The notes under the pieces: generated by a model
What the model was told of the DNA's origin: nothing
The model's input: the letters and a program-made list of their open reading frames with translations, nothing else
Database searches by the model: none
From: Spirochaetota bacterium
GTDB lineage: Bacteria > Spirochaetota > UBA4802 > JAGODF01
Direction of reading: 5' to 3'
DNA length: 64,000 nucleotides
Assembly (NCBI GenBank): GCA_036846345.1
Contig: DAIUCD010000005.1
Location: forward strand, 110,155-174,154
Shown: in pieces, positions 1 to 9,409 of the stretch
Position numbering within the stretch: position 1 is the stretch's first letter
Layout: every line of letters starts with the position of its first letter
Position numbers and translations under genes: made by a program

Positions 1-196
1 GTATGGGGATGTTGCCGGTCTTGAGGGTATGCCTTCCCGGTCCAAAGGAATCCAGCGCCTGCCCCTCCCGGAAAAAGACCGCTTCCTGATTTTCCATGAC
101 AATGAGCTGAGCACCCAGGGATATGGCGCCCTCGGGGAACTTGTAGATGATTTCACCCTGTTGATTGTCCCATTTTACAACATCCAATAAGGCCAT
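1..196 (-). CDS. SPFH/Band-7-like (Band_7_1 family) protein, N-terminal fragment (gene continues beyond window start)
   Basis: Reverse translation starts at ATG (194-196) preceded by GGAGGTGA RBS; N-terminus MALLDVVKWDNQQGEIIYKFPEGAISLGAQLIVMENQEAVFFREGQALDSFGPG resembles the conserved N-terminus of YdjI-type SPFH proteins. Confidence 0.5.
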   Translation of the reverse strand, partial: MALLDVVKWDNQQGEIIYKFPEGAISLGAQLIVMENQEAVFFREGQALDSFGPGRHTLKTGNIPI

Positions 197-715
197 TTAA
201 ATCACCTCCAGTATCACATTTTTTCTATCGTCGAAGGATTTTTCGAAATCCTCCACCTTAAGTCGGACGGGTTTGATCTGGTCTGCCGTGAAGGCTTCCT
301 TCATCTTCTTGACCATGGCCTCCACCTCGTCTAGTCCGGTTATGAGTCGCCAGTCGTATTCCAGAAGGCGGTTGTTGTCATCCTGGGTTATCTGGGCCCT
401 GGAAAAGGAGGCGCTGGTGGTGTAATCAGCGTTTTTAACCTTTTTGTATATCCTTTCCAGAACGGTGTTGAGGGAATCCAGGTCGGAAAGGGCGCTTTTA
501 TCCCCTTTCTGAACGGTTTCACTCATGACAGCGCTGATGTCCCTTTTAAGGGTCAGAAGCCGTTCTGCAGTGAAGTTGCGTATGATCCGATCCGCCTCAT
601 ACATGGCACCCTTTTCGAAGTATCCTGTAAAGCCGGGAACCTTGGCCAGCAGCTTGTCTACGAAGTCCCTGCTGCCATCCAGCCGTTTTTTTACATTATC
701 AAGATCCGGTTGCAT
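197..715 (-). CDS. hypothetical protein, immediately upstream of the SPFH-like gene in the same operon
   Basis: 172-aa ORF; stop codon abuts the start of the downstream gene; no recognisable catalytic motif. Confidence 0.5.
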   Translation of the reverse strand: MQPDLDNVKKRLDGSRDFVDKLLAKVPGFTGYFEKGAMYEADRIIRNFTAERLLTLKRDISAVMSETVQKGDKSALSDLDSLNTVLERIYKKVKNADYTTSASFSRAQITQDDNNRLLEYDWRLITGLDEVEAMVKKMKEAFTADQIKPVRLKVEDFEKSFDDRKNVILEVI

Positions 716-1208
716 GACTACCTCCAGGCGTAATAATCAGGGGGAGGGTATCCACACCCTGTCAGCTTCCATTAGTATGTATACTTTCCTAAGAGTTACT
801 CCTTTCGGGACTTCTGTCAAGTAAATAATGGGGATTTTAATGCAAGGGAAGTCAGAGGGTAAGTTAGACACATGGCCTCAATGCCGTCATATTTCTGACA
901 GGGACAGGCTAAGCTCCTGAACTGGCGTACGGACTCGCCTTATGGAGGCTATGATTTCTCACAAACTCCTGTAAATGGTTCCTGCATATTCATCATTTAA
1001 CCGTCAGATGCCAGCGATAAATGCATTCAGGGGCAGGCGGAGAGATTTTCATGAATTATTTACTAAACATTTTGAGCCAATGTGTCGATACTTGGAACAG
1101 GAGCTGTTCATCCTGCGCTGGAAGTCTTTCATGATCGTGATGCCCCCGAGGGTGCAAGGGAGTATTGGGCGGCTTTGATTTCCCGGGGAAACGGCAATAG
1201 GGGGATGC

Positions 1209-3284
1209 ATGAGGTTTTCTATACAGGATATCAAACTCAGTATTCGTGCCAAATTGTTGGTCGGTTATATCGCTATCGGTCTTTTCCTGTATCTCGCTCT
1301 TGCTGTCGTGGGCTATTATACCGCCAGCAGCATCATCAGCAGTTCGATTACAAACGATCTGACGCATATTACAGACAACCTGCTTAATCTCTGTAAAACC
1401 ACCTATGATTTGAATCAGAGGACAGTCATCAATAATCTAAAGGTGGCGGATTATTTCGTTCGGGGTAAGGCCAGTATTGCCCCCCTCATCAACATCTCCA
1501 TGAAAATTGAAAACCAGGAAACGGGGACGGTTGCGGAAAAACGGATACCGTCCCTGAGAATAGGCGGATCTGACATGGCCTACAATTACGAACTGGTGGA
1601 TCGCATCACTGAGATGTGCGGGGGAACGGTGACCCTGTTCCAGAGGATTGAGGGGCCCAACGGACTGTTGCGCATATCCACCAGTGTGAAGCGGAACGAC
1701 GGTTCGAGGGCTGTCGGCACCTATATTCCGGAAAACTCCCCTGTGTATCAATCCATCATGAGGGGTGAGGAATACCATGGAGCAGCTTACGTGGTGAATA
1801 ACTGGTATATTACGGCTTACCGGCCTATTAAGGCCGGAGGTATCATCATCGGCGCCGTTTTTGTCGGGGTGAAACAGTCGGAACTAGACATACTGAGAGG
1901 TTCAATTATTGCCAACAGGATCGGTGAGAGGGGATTCGCGTCGGTGATAGACAATCACAAAAATTCCCGGGGACTGATGGTGATCCACCCGCACAGGGAG
2001 GGAAAAAACGTCTACGAAACCAAAGATGCCGACGGAATACCCTACGTAAAGCAGATGCTGGAGCGAAAAAACGGCCTCACCCGGCACTACCTTGCGGACG
2101 AAAAAGGCGAAACGCGGGAACGGCTCCTTTCGTACCGTTATCTGAAAGAGATGGACTGGCTTATCGTAGCTGAAGCCGATGTCGAGGAGATGTACTCCTC
2201 GCTGGGTACGCTGCGCAAACTCATGCTGTTCATCAGTGTCATTGCGGCCATCGTCATAGCTTTTGTCAGCCTTCATCTGTCCCGATCCTTCCAGATCGTG
2301 GTCGATGCCATGAGGAATCGCCTGAATCAGATGAAGGATGGACACTTTGAGGAAAAATTGACGGAAACCATAACAAACCGCGGGGACGAATTCGGGGAGA
2401 TGGCGGTTCATTTCAATCAGCTTATCGAGAACATCAGGGAAGTGCTGAAGAAGAATATAGAAAGCATCGAAGTGCTTTCCCGCTCCATTCAGGATCTGAC
2501 CGTGACCTCCAATGAGGTATCGACCACATCGAATCAGCAGGCCGCCTCAGTGAAGGAAATCGTCAGCACCATGGAGGATTCGGACCAGCTCTCCAAAAAG
2601 GTGGCGGCGCAGATTTCAGAAGTGGCGCGGATTGCCATGCGCAACCGGGAGCTGGTGGAGCAGGGTTACGTGCAGATAACGGGAAACATGGAAAAGATGG
2701 ACGAGATAAACCTGAGCAACACCGAGATGATGTCCAGCATCAGCAATCTGGGGGAACGAATCGAAAGCATCGGGGAAGTGCTGAAACTCATAAACAGCAT
2801 AGCCGATCAGACTAAAATCATAGCTTTTAATGCGGAGCTGGAGGCTTCGGCTGCCGGAGAGGCTGGTAAGAACTTCCAGGTCGTCGCCTCGGAGGTAAGA
2901 AGGCTTGCCGATAGTACCATGAAGGCTACGGCCGAGATCAGGGGCAGGATACAGGAAGTACAGGATTCCTCCCGAAAACTTGGTGTGTCTTCGGACATGG
3001 CCAATGTTCGTATCCGCGAGGGATACGAGTATACTCTGAAGGTAAAGGGTATCTTCGGCGACATACAGACTTCGTCGGAGGTTTCTGCCCGGTCCTCCGA
3101 ACAGATTGTGATGCTTGTGAAGGAACAGGTGTCAGCCTTCGAGCAGATACTCATTACCCTGCGTCAGATATCGGAATCGATAGATTATCTTACAATATCC
3201 ACAAAATCCACCAGCGGTGCGGCGGAAAGCCTCCAGGGCATCAGTATCGAGCTGCGCAAGCTCATGGAACACTACACCGTATAG
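1209..3284 (+). CDS. methyl-accepting chemotaxis protein with periplasmic Cache-like sensor, HAMP and MCP signalling domain
   Basis: N-terminal TM helix, second TM around residue 330, C-terminal MCP signature (IAFNAELEASAAGEAGKNFQVVASEVRRLADST). Confidence 0.9.
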   Translation: MRFSIQDIKLSIRAKLLVGYIAIGLFLYLALAVVGYYTASSIISSSITNDLTHITDNLLNLCKTTYDLNQRTVINNLKVADYFVRGKASIAPLINISMKIENQETGTVAEKRIPSLRIGGSDMAYNYELVDRITEMCGGTVTLFQRIEGPNGLLRISTSVKRNDGSRAVGTYIPENSPVYQSIMRGEEYHGAAYVVNNWYITAYRPIKAGGIIIGAVFVGVKQSELDILRGSIIANRIGERGFASVIDNHKNSRGLMVIHPHREGKNVYETKDADGIPYVKQMLERKNGLTRHYLADEKGETRERLLSYRYLKEMDWLIVAEADVEEMYSSLGTLRKLMLFISVIAAIVIAFVSLHLSRSFQIVVDAMRNRLNQMKDGHFEEKLTETITNRGDEFGEMAVHFNQLIENIREVLKKNIESIEVLSRSIQDLTVTSNEVSTTSNQQAASVKEIVSTMEDSDQLSKKVAAQISEVARIAMRNRELVEQGYVQITGNMEKMDEINLSNTEMMSSISNLGERIESIGEVLKLINSIADQTKIIAFNAELEASAAGEAGKNFQVVASEVRRLADSTMKATAEIRGRIQEVQDSSRKLGVSSDMANVRIREGYEYTLKVKGIFGDIQTSSEVSARSSEQIVMLVKEQVSAFEQILITLRQISESIDYLTISTKSTSGAAESLQGISIELRKLMEHYTV

Positions 3285-3382
3285 GCATGTTTTTTGGGCA
3301 TCGAAACCGTTACAGCTCCGGTAGGAAGATGTATTTGGGGTCGGGTTCTTCTTCAGTAAAAGTCTGCACGGACATTACTGAA

Positions 3383-4417
3383 TCATTCGTGCCGGACAAC
3401 ATGCAGGGAGTGGATCTGCCCGTATTTAGTGCCCGGAGGAACTTCCACCGGCACCTTTTTCATATTCTTCCAATAAAAAAGACCTCCGTCGGATGCCAAT
3501 GAGACGCTGCACCCCAGGTAGATATCCCCATTGACGGCAAACAGGGAACTGGCGGAAAGCTCCTTTTCCGCAAGAGGGAAGCGGGTCCCGTTTTTCCAGT
3601 AGAAGGTACCTGGTCCCTCCACAAGCAGATAGAGGTCTTTCCCGGTGCTGTATAGGTAACGTATTTCCGCGCCCTGGATGAAATCGACCCGCTTGCCGTT
3701 TTTCCAGTAGCAGGCGGTTTTATTACCGGCGCTATCAGACCAGTTGCCGGTGATGTAGGTATCCCGTCCAACAAGGTAAAGGTCCCGGAAGGCCGTGTAG
3801 CTCGCCCCGGCGGGTTTGGGGAGATTTACCCGGATGCCATTGCGTAGATAGAAGTAATGAAAGGATTCCTTTCGGGTGGTGTGGGACCCGAGGATATGCA
3901 CGGTGTTGCCGACTACAATGAGGGAGTATACGGTGGGATTAACCGCGCCTTCCGGAAGCCGGATATCGACCCGCTTGCCGTTTTTCCAGTAACAGGCGGT
4001 TTTCCTCCAATCCTTCTCGTAGGAACCGCCGATGTAGATGTCGTCCCCCTGAAGAAAGAGCGCATTGGCCTCCCCGAGGACGCTTTTGGGGGGCAGGCTG
4101 AGCAAATGCCTCCTGGTGTTTTTCCAGTAGCAGGGGGATTCGAGATGATAACCTTCCCGCAAACACTTTCCGATGATGTGAACGTCCTTTCCCCGGGGTA
4201 AAATCCTGATCGCCTCGGCTCCTTTGCCGAGGTCCACACGTCTGCCGTTTTTCCAATAACAGGCGGTCCTGCTGCCCTTTGCATCCAGGTAATAGCCGGT
4301 CAGATAGACGTCCGGATCCGGCCCGGGAGCGGCCGGAAGGCCGTTCAGGAGGAGAATGAGGGCTGTCAGGGCGGTCGTTAGAATAACCGGTAGCAGGAGT
4401 TGACTTTTTCGGCTCAT
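3383..4417 (-). CDS. secreted repeat protein with seven ~45-aa 'C/F-YWKNG-xR-V-D/L' repeats (predicted beta-propeller-like)
   Basis: Signal peptide MSRKSQLLLPVILTTALTALILLL; seven copies of the CYWKNGKRVDL/FYWKNGTRFPL motif, each followed by a V-Y-x-x-G segment. Confidence 0.7.
   Translation of the reverse strand: MSRKSQLLLPVILTTALTALILLLNGLPAAPGPDPDVYLTGYYLDAKGSRTACYWKNGRRVDLGKGAEAIRILPRGKDVHIIGKCLREGYHLESPCYWKNTRRHLLSLPPKSVLGEANALFLQGDDIYIGGSYEKDWRKTACYWKNGKRVDIRLPEGAVNPTVYSLIVVGNTVHILGSHTTRKESFHYFYLRNGIRVNLPKPAGASYTAFRDLYLVGRDTYITGNWSDSAGNKTACYWKNGKRVDFIQGAEIRYLYSTGKDLYLLVEGPGTFYWKNGTRFPLAEKELSASSLFAVNGDIYLGCSVSLASDGGLFYWKNMKKVPVEVPPGTKYGQIHSLHVVRHE
3585..4270. repeat. intragenic DNA repeats (~30 nt near-identical segments at ~3685-3721, 3967-4003, 4239-4270, plus degenerate copies) encoding the protein repeats
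   Basis: 'cgcttgccgtttttccagta(a/g)caggcggtttt' seen three times at ~275-280 bp spacing. Confidence 0.7.
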
Positions 4418-4587
4418 GGATTAGGCCTCTGTATTTTTTGGGTTTGGATTCCGCGTTTTAAAGAAGTGTTTTATGCAATAATGGGGGTGATGGGTATGAA
4501 TATCAAATCATTTTTCCCGGGGACCGTACCTTTTGACGGTTCGCGAACCTGTGGTTATCATCTGCATAAGGGGATGGGCCAGTTAGA

Positions 4588-5415
4588 TTATCCCGGGAGG
4601 CGAAGCTTGTCGATTTCACCGATTATGTATTCCCACACCGGCGGCCAGGCGCGGGTGAAGAAATGGTCCCGGGCCTGACTGATTTCCCGAAGGGAGATGC
4701 CGTATTCCCGGGCCTTGGCACGGGTCTCCTCCAGGGGATACCAGTGATCCTCCACCGCCAGGAGTATGTCCGTGCGGGATGCCTCCTTTTGGAGCAGGTT
4801 GAAGGCGTTGTGCCCCGGGATAAAGAGGTTTTCCAGAAAGGAGCCGATCTGCAGTTCCCCGGACTTCCCGTCCATATAGCGCCGCAGGTTCATTTCTCTC
4901 CAGTAATCCCCATCCATCCAGCGGCTGTCGTTCAGGTGTTCACTGATGACGTCTGTCTTGCCTGCCCGTAGAGCCAGGATGTCGTTGAACTCCCGGATAT
5001 TACCCTCCGCGTAGAGATACTCCAGGGAGCGGCGGGAGTCAAGCACCGGCGCCACCAGGAAGAAGCGGAGGAAGCTCTCTTTATCCGCGGCGTACTGCAG
5101 CAGGGCGTTGGCCCCGGCGCTGTGCCCTATACCCACGAAGGGGAGTCCGGTGAGGCCGTTTTTCGCCAACAGATGATCGACGTCCCGGAGGGCCAGGGAT
5201 ATCTCCATCTGGCCGCCGGAGGCGCCGTGGCCCCGGGGATTGAAGAGGACCACGGAGATTCCCCGTCTCAGAAATTCTTCTCGGGGGAAGCGGTACATCT
5301 GGAAACTGCCTCCCATGCAGGGCCAGAAGAGAACACCGGCCCGGGGTTTATTGGCAGCAAGCACATCCGCTTCGATTTTCGTTCCGTCAAAGGATAAAAA
5401 AAGGTTTCCCGTCAT
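4588..5415 (-). CDS. alpha/beta-fold hydrolase
   Basis: GHSAG nucleophile-elbow motif (GIGHSAGANAL), length 275 aa. Confidence 0.8.
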   Translation of the reverse strand: MTGNLFLSFDGTKIEADVLAANKPRAGVLFWPCMGGSFQMYRFPREEFLRRGISVVLFNPRGHGASGGQMEISLALRDVDHLLAKNGLTGLPFVGIGHSAGANALLQYAADKESFLRFFLVAPVLDSRRSLEYLYAEGNIREFNDILALRAGKTDVISEHLNDSRWMDGDYWREMNLRRYMDGKSGELQIGSFLENLFIPGHNAFNLLQKEASRTDILLAVEDHWYPLEETRAKAREYGISLREISQARDHFFTRAWPPVWEYIIGEIDKLRLPG

Positions 5416-5600
5416 AAAGAAATCCGCCTGTGTCTGATCTCATCCCAATCCGTTCCCGGCAGGGCATGATTGATGATTGACCCCCATACCCGGGTATCGT
5501 TTATGAGTCCCTGAAAGAAGGGCTATAGCAGGGGGAAGGGGAGTAAAGCACTTTTTTCCGTGGCACAGGAGGAGGCCGGTGTTCAACCGTGAGAAAACAG

Positions 5601-5630
5601 TTGACTGGACGTCTTCAGTTAGGGTAGAAT
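5601..5630 (+). promoter_or_regulatory. putative sigma70 promoter (TTGACT-18nt-TAGAAT) upstream of the DUF2652-like gene
   Basis: ttgactggacgtcttcagttagggtagaat, ~110 bp upstream of the start at 5738. Confidence 0.4.
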
Positions 5631-5737
5631 ACGGTATTCCCGGACTGATGATTAAGAGAGACAGCAGGGATCGGGGTTAAACAGGGCATTATTCAAAAAA
5701 ACGGCGATAGGAATCAGGATAATCCTGACTTTGATCC

Positions 5738-6505
5738 ATGGAACAGAAAGCGATTTTTATCATCCTAGACATCAGCGGTTATACCCGCTTCATGCTGTCC
5801 AAGGAGAAGCGGGCGCTGGCCCATGCCCAGATCATCATCTCCGAGCTGCTGGAGGAGGTGCTGAAGCATGTGGAGCTGCCGATGTTCGTCGCCAAGCTGG
5901 AGGGGGACGCCATATTCCTTTACGCAACGGAGGAGGGATTGGACCATTTTTCCCTCGCCATGAGGGCCTTCGTGGGGGAAAGGCTCCTGCTCTTCTTTGA
6001 CGTCTTTTATGCCCGCCTTGTTGATATCCGGGGACACATGGCCTCCTGCAACTGCGGCGGCTGCCGCAATGCCGACAAGCTCCGCATCAAGGCCGTCATC
6101 CACAGCGGGATGGCGCTCTTCTACCGCATAGGCCGCTTCGAGGAGGTGGCGGGACAGGATGTCATCCTGGTCCACCGTCTTTTGAAGAACTCTGTGCCCT
6201 CTAGGGAATACATCCTGATGACTAAGGAAGCCTACCGGGAGATCACCTTTCCCTGCAGGCTTCCCTTTACCGAGCATCGCGAAAATTACGAGGACGTGGG
6301 GGATGTTAAGGCCTTCGTCTTCATTCCCCCCTCCCGGGACGAGGAGCTGGACCGCTGCCTGGCCCGGTTTCATGAGGAGGAATCCGCATTAATGCGAGGC
6401 CTTAAGAAATTGAAGCATGTCGGTGTCGTCTTCTCCAAGTATCTCCTTCCTGTTTCTCTCAAGGTCCGCCGGTTGCGGCCTCTGAGAAATCTCAAAGAAG
6501 AATAG
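5738..6505 (+). CDS. DUF2652-like protein (distant class III nucleotidyl-cyclase-like fold)
   Basis: N-terminus IFIILDISGYTRFM resembles the cyclase metal-binding strand; Cys cluster CNCGGC. Confidence 0.5.
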   Translation: MEQKAIFIILDISGYTRFMLSKEKRALAHAQIIISELLEEVLKHVELPMFVAKLEGDAIFLYATEEGLDHFSLAMRAFVGERLLLFFDVFYARLVDIRGHMASCNCGGCRNADKLRIKAVIHSGMALFYRIGRFEEVAGQDVILVHRLLKNSVPSREYILMTKEAYREITFPCRLPFTEHRENYEDVGDVKAFVFIPPSRDEELDRCLARFHEEESALMRGLKKLKHVGVVFSKYLLPVSLKVRRLRPLRNLKEE

Positions 6506-6764
6506 GCGATCTTATCCCCCGAATGTGGGTTCTGGTCAAAATCTCTAGCGTTTAAGGGCATTTTGTACTCGTACCGGGCTGGAAAGCTGTTCATCGATCA
6601 ACATTACAAAAACAGGAACGCATTTCGTGCAACCCCTGCTTCGGGAGATCCTATTCTCTGGATCTGCTGCGCTCAACGGTAAGATTGCTGCCGCTTGCTT
6701 GACTCGGACAAAATGGGGAATAAACAAAGGCCTTGCGATGCAAAAGGAAGAGATCGGTCACGCC

Positions 6765-7577
6765 TCAGATATCGGGAAACACAGGTTTCTTCTTCTGAAG
6801 GAATGCCGACACGCCATGAAAACACTCTCCTGAGATGATGAGAGCAACCGCGCGGTCCGATTCCTCGGCCAGGGACTCGTTGTAGGTCCGGTTCCTGCTC
6901 TCCCGCAGGAGCGCCAGGGAGTGGCGGATCGCCTGCGGGCCGTTGCCGGCGATGGCCCGGGCCATCGCAACAGCTTCCCCGAGCGCAAGGCCGCGTTCGC
7001 ATATCCTGCTTACCAGTCCCATAGACAGGGCCTCCTCGGCTCCTACACGGCGTCCTGTGAGCACCAGGTCGGCGGCCCTGGAGGCTCCCACGAGACGCGG
7101 AAGCGCGGCGCCGCCGCCGTGATCCGGCATGAGGCCCAGGCTCACCTCGGAATAGCAGATAAAGGCACCCCGGACCATGACCCTGAGGTCACACCGTACA
7201 GCCAGCTCCGCACCTCCGCCGAAGGCGTTTCCGTTCAGGGCGGCGATGGTCGGCACAGGGAGCGAGCAGAAAGCGTCGATGACCTCCCGTATCCTGCTGA
7301 TGGCCTCTCTCGCCGGGACCTCGTCCTTTGCAGTGACTGCGTCGATGAGTCGTTTCATCATGGGATTGTCCGGCTGGACATCGAAACCCGCGCTAAAAGA
7401 CCTGTCGCCGCTTCCGGTGATGACGATTGCCCGAGGGGTGGCTTTGCGAAGTTCCCTGGTAACCTCCTCCAGAAGGGTCAGCATCCTGTCGTTAAAGGAG
7501 TGGTGCCTGTCGGGGCGGTCGAGGGTGACTACCGCGATGTTATCAATTCGATCAAGGGTGATGTTTCCGTCGTTCAT
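6765..7577 (-). CDS. enoyl-CoA hydratase/isomerase (crotonase family)
   Basis: ALNGNAFGGGAELAVRCDLRV oxyanion-hole/catalytic region; 270 aa. Confidence 0.9.
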   Translation of the reverse strand: MNDGNITLDRIDNIAVVTLDRPDRHHSFNDRMLTLLEEVTRELRKATPRAIVITGSGDRSFSAGFDVQPDNPMMKRLIDAVTAKDEVPAREAISRIREVIDAFCSLPVPTIAALNGNAFGGGAELAVRCDLRVMVRGAFICYSEVSLGLMPDHGGGAALPRLVGASRAADLVLTGRRVGAEEALSMGLVSRICERGLALGEAVAMARAIAGNGPQAIRHSLALLRESRNRTYNESLAEESDRAVALIISGECFHGVSAFLQKKKPVFPDI

Positions 7578-7649
7578 ATACTCTCCTCCCGTTATGGATT
7601 GCCGTGTACCCGAAACGCATGTGTCCCTCCGGGGCTCATGCGTCTATGG

Positions 7650-8657
7650 TCAGGACCGGTCTTTCAGAGTGACAACGTTCCTTCCGCGGTGTCGTCCGGC
7701 CTTCATGAGGGATAATACATCTTCCAGGCCATCCAGACCGATCTCATCTGCAAGTTCGTCAAGCCAGGGGAACTTCCAATCCCCGGCAAGATGTCCCCAG
7801 ACCTCCCTCCTTAGGGGCATGGGACAGTTCTGTGAGTCAATACCGAAGAGGGATACCCCGCGCAGGATGAAGGGATATACTGTCAAAGCGAGGTCGGGTG
7901 ATAGGACGTTGCCGCAACAGGTAACACCCCCCCCCGCTATGGTTGACTTGATGGCGTAGGTCAGCACCGGTCCCCCCACCGTGTCGATGCACCCCGCGAA
8001 GCGTTCCTTAAGCAGAGGCCGGTCGGTCACATCGGCGGCCTCATCTGAAGTCACAATCGATTTGGCGCCGCACTTAATCAGCAGGTCCGGTGCGTCCGCC
8101 GGTCCCTGAAGGGCGGCGATAGAATAGCCGAGGTGTGACAGGATGGAGACCGCTATACTCCCAACGCCGCCAGCAGCGCCTGTAACCAGAATTGGGCCGC
8201 GGTCGGGACTGCGCAGCCATCCCAGCAGGCGGTGTACAGAGAGACCAGCGGTAAGACCTGCGGTCCCGAAAATCATACTCTCACGAAGCGTCAATCCCGC
8301 TGGTTTTGGTACAGCCCACGCAGCGGGAACCCGTATGTACTGACCAAATCCACCGGAGGTGTTCATACCGAGGTCGTAGCTCGTGACTATAACCTCGTCA
8401 CCCAGTTTGAACGGGCCGTCTCCGCAGGAGACGACGATTCCCGCCGCGTCAATGCCGGGCGTGTGAGGATAGTTTTTCGTCACGCCCCGGTTGCCTGTTG
8501 CTGAGAGCATGTCCTTGTAGTTAAGCGACGAGTAGTGGACTTCCACGAGCAGGTCGCCTGCGGGCAGGTCATCAATGGTCCGCATCTCGATCTTCCGCAT
8601 AAAGGATTTATCCTCATTTTCCCGTACGACAAGGGCCTTGAACTGTTTTTGTATCAT
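7650..8657 (-). CDS. MDR-family NADPH-dependent oxidoreductase (YhdH/AcuI acrylyl-CoA reductase / quinone oxidoreductase type)
   Basis: KALVV...LLVEVHYSSLNYKD...TPGIDAAGIVV N-terminus typical of the YhdH subfamily; GGVG nucleotide motif; GGAGG RBS. Confidence 0.85.
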   Translation of the reverse strand: MIQKQFKALVVRENEDKSFMRKIEMRTIDDLPAGDLLVEVHYSSLNYKDMLSATGNRGVTKNYPHTPGIDAAGIVVSCGDGPFKLGDEVIVTSYDLGMNTSGGFGQYIRVPAAWAVPKPAGLTLRESMIFGTAGLTAGLSVHRLLGWLRSPDRGPILVTGAAGGVGSIAVSILSHLGYSIAALQGPADAPDLLIKCGAKSIVTSDEAADVTDRPLLKERFAGCIDTVGGPVLTYAIKSTIAGGGVTCCGNVLSPDLALTVYPFILRGVSLFGIDSQNCPMPLRREVWGHLAGDWKFPWLDELADEIGLDGLEDVLSLMKAGRHRGRNVVTLKDRS

Positions 8658-8723
8658 GATTCCTCCTTATAGGTCATAATGGATGATGCGATGTCAATGT
8701 ACCGGTGCGTATTAACGGCTATG

Positions 8724-9326
8724 TTATACGGAAACGTCATCTCCGCGTTGAATATCCTGCAGCGTCAGGATGAGGGATGCGATGGTCGTGTTCAGGTTAT
8801 TACGGGAATGGTCGAGATTGTAGATCACGCAGGCCCCCAGCAGTCCCGTGAAGATGATTTCCGTCACCCGGGCCGTGTCCGCCTCGGGCTTTGTGAATGC
8901 CGCTTCCTTTCCCTCATCAAGGAGACGCTGTATCATGCGTTGAAGCCTCGTGAAGCCCTCGTTCACCTCTGCTGCAAGCTCCGGGTTCTGGCCGGCCAGC
9001 TCCACGGCAAAGGTGACGAAGATGCATCCCCCGGGAAATGTATGGGAGTCGGTAAGGTAAAGGTCGCGGTAGTTTTCCAGGAGCTTTTGCAGCCGTTTCA
9101 GGGGGTTCCCGATCTCATCCAGCCCCGCCAGGTTTCTTTCGCGCCAGATCTTCCTGGCTCTCGAGAGGGCGGCGGTAAAGAGCTCCTCCTTCGTCTTAAA
9201 ATGGTTGTAGAAACCGCCCTTCGATGTCCCGGCAGCGGAGATGATCTCCGTGGTGGAGGTGCTTGCATACCCTTTGAGGGAAAAAAGCTTCAGGGCTTCG
9301 TCGATGATTCGATCTTTCAGTGTCAT
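8724..9326 (-). CDS. TetR/AcrR family transcriptional regulator
   Basis: N-terminal HTH (ALKLFSLKGYASTSTTEIISAAGTSKGGFYNHFKTKEELF). Confidence 0.9.
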   Translation of the reverse strand: MTLKDRIIDEALKLFSLKGYASTSTTEIISAAGTSKGGFYNHFKTKEELFTAALSRARKIWRERNLAGLDEIGNPLKRLQKLLENYRDLYLTDSHTFPGGCIFVTFAVELAGQNPELAAEVNEGFTRLQRMIQRLLDEGKEAAFTKPEADTARVTEIIFTGLLGACVIYNLDHSRNNLNTTIASLILTLQDIQRGDDVSV

Positions 9327-9345
9327 AGGTTTGTGTTGTGTTTAA

Positions 9346-9379
9346 CAGGGAAAACAGACCGACCGGTCTCCCTGTTTTT
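9346..9379 (+). other. GC-rich stem-loop followed by T5 (terminator-like or regulatory hairpin)
   Basis: caggg-aaaac-agacc-gacc-ggtct-ccctg-ttttt read directly from the sequence. Confidence 0.35.
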
Positions 9380-9409
9380 GACATTGCCATTTCACCTGCT
9401 TTGTGTCAA
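9378..9409. promoter_or_regulatory. inverted repeat TTGACA-N20-TGTCAA in the tetR / divergent promoter region; candidate operator or -35 elements
   Basis: ttgacattgccatttcacctgctttgtgtcaa; a TATTAT -10-like hexamer follows at ~9423. Confidence 0.3.

Noticed and set aside
3585-4270. Possible CRISPR-like array suggested by the ~30-nt direct repeats
   Set aside because: The repeats are ~275 bp apart rather than 30-40 bp, lie in-frame within a coding sequence and encode a repeated peptide. No cas genes are present.
3857-4284. Overlapping 105-123-aa ORFs on both strands within the repeat-protein gene
   Set aside because: They arise from the same repetitive DNA in alternative frames; the 344-aa frame has a signal peptide and regular protein repeats.
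5765-6373. 202-aa minus-strand ORF inside the DUF2652-like gene
   Set aside because: Antisense shadow ORF; Gly/Ala/Pro-rich composition typical of GC-rich antisense frames; the plus-strand ORF has a promoter and a cyclase-like motif.
6921-7959. Two ~260-aa plus-strand ORFs over the enoyl-CoA hydratase and YhdH-like genes
   Set aside because: Antisense to genes with clear family motifs; Ser/Arg/Ala-rich low-complexity translations.
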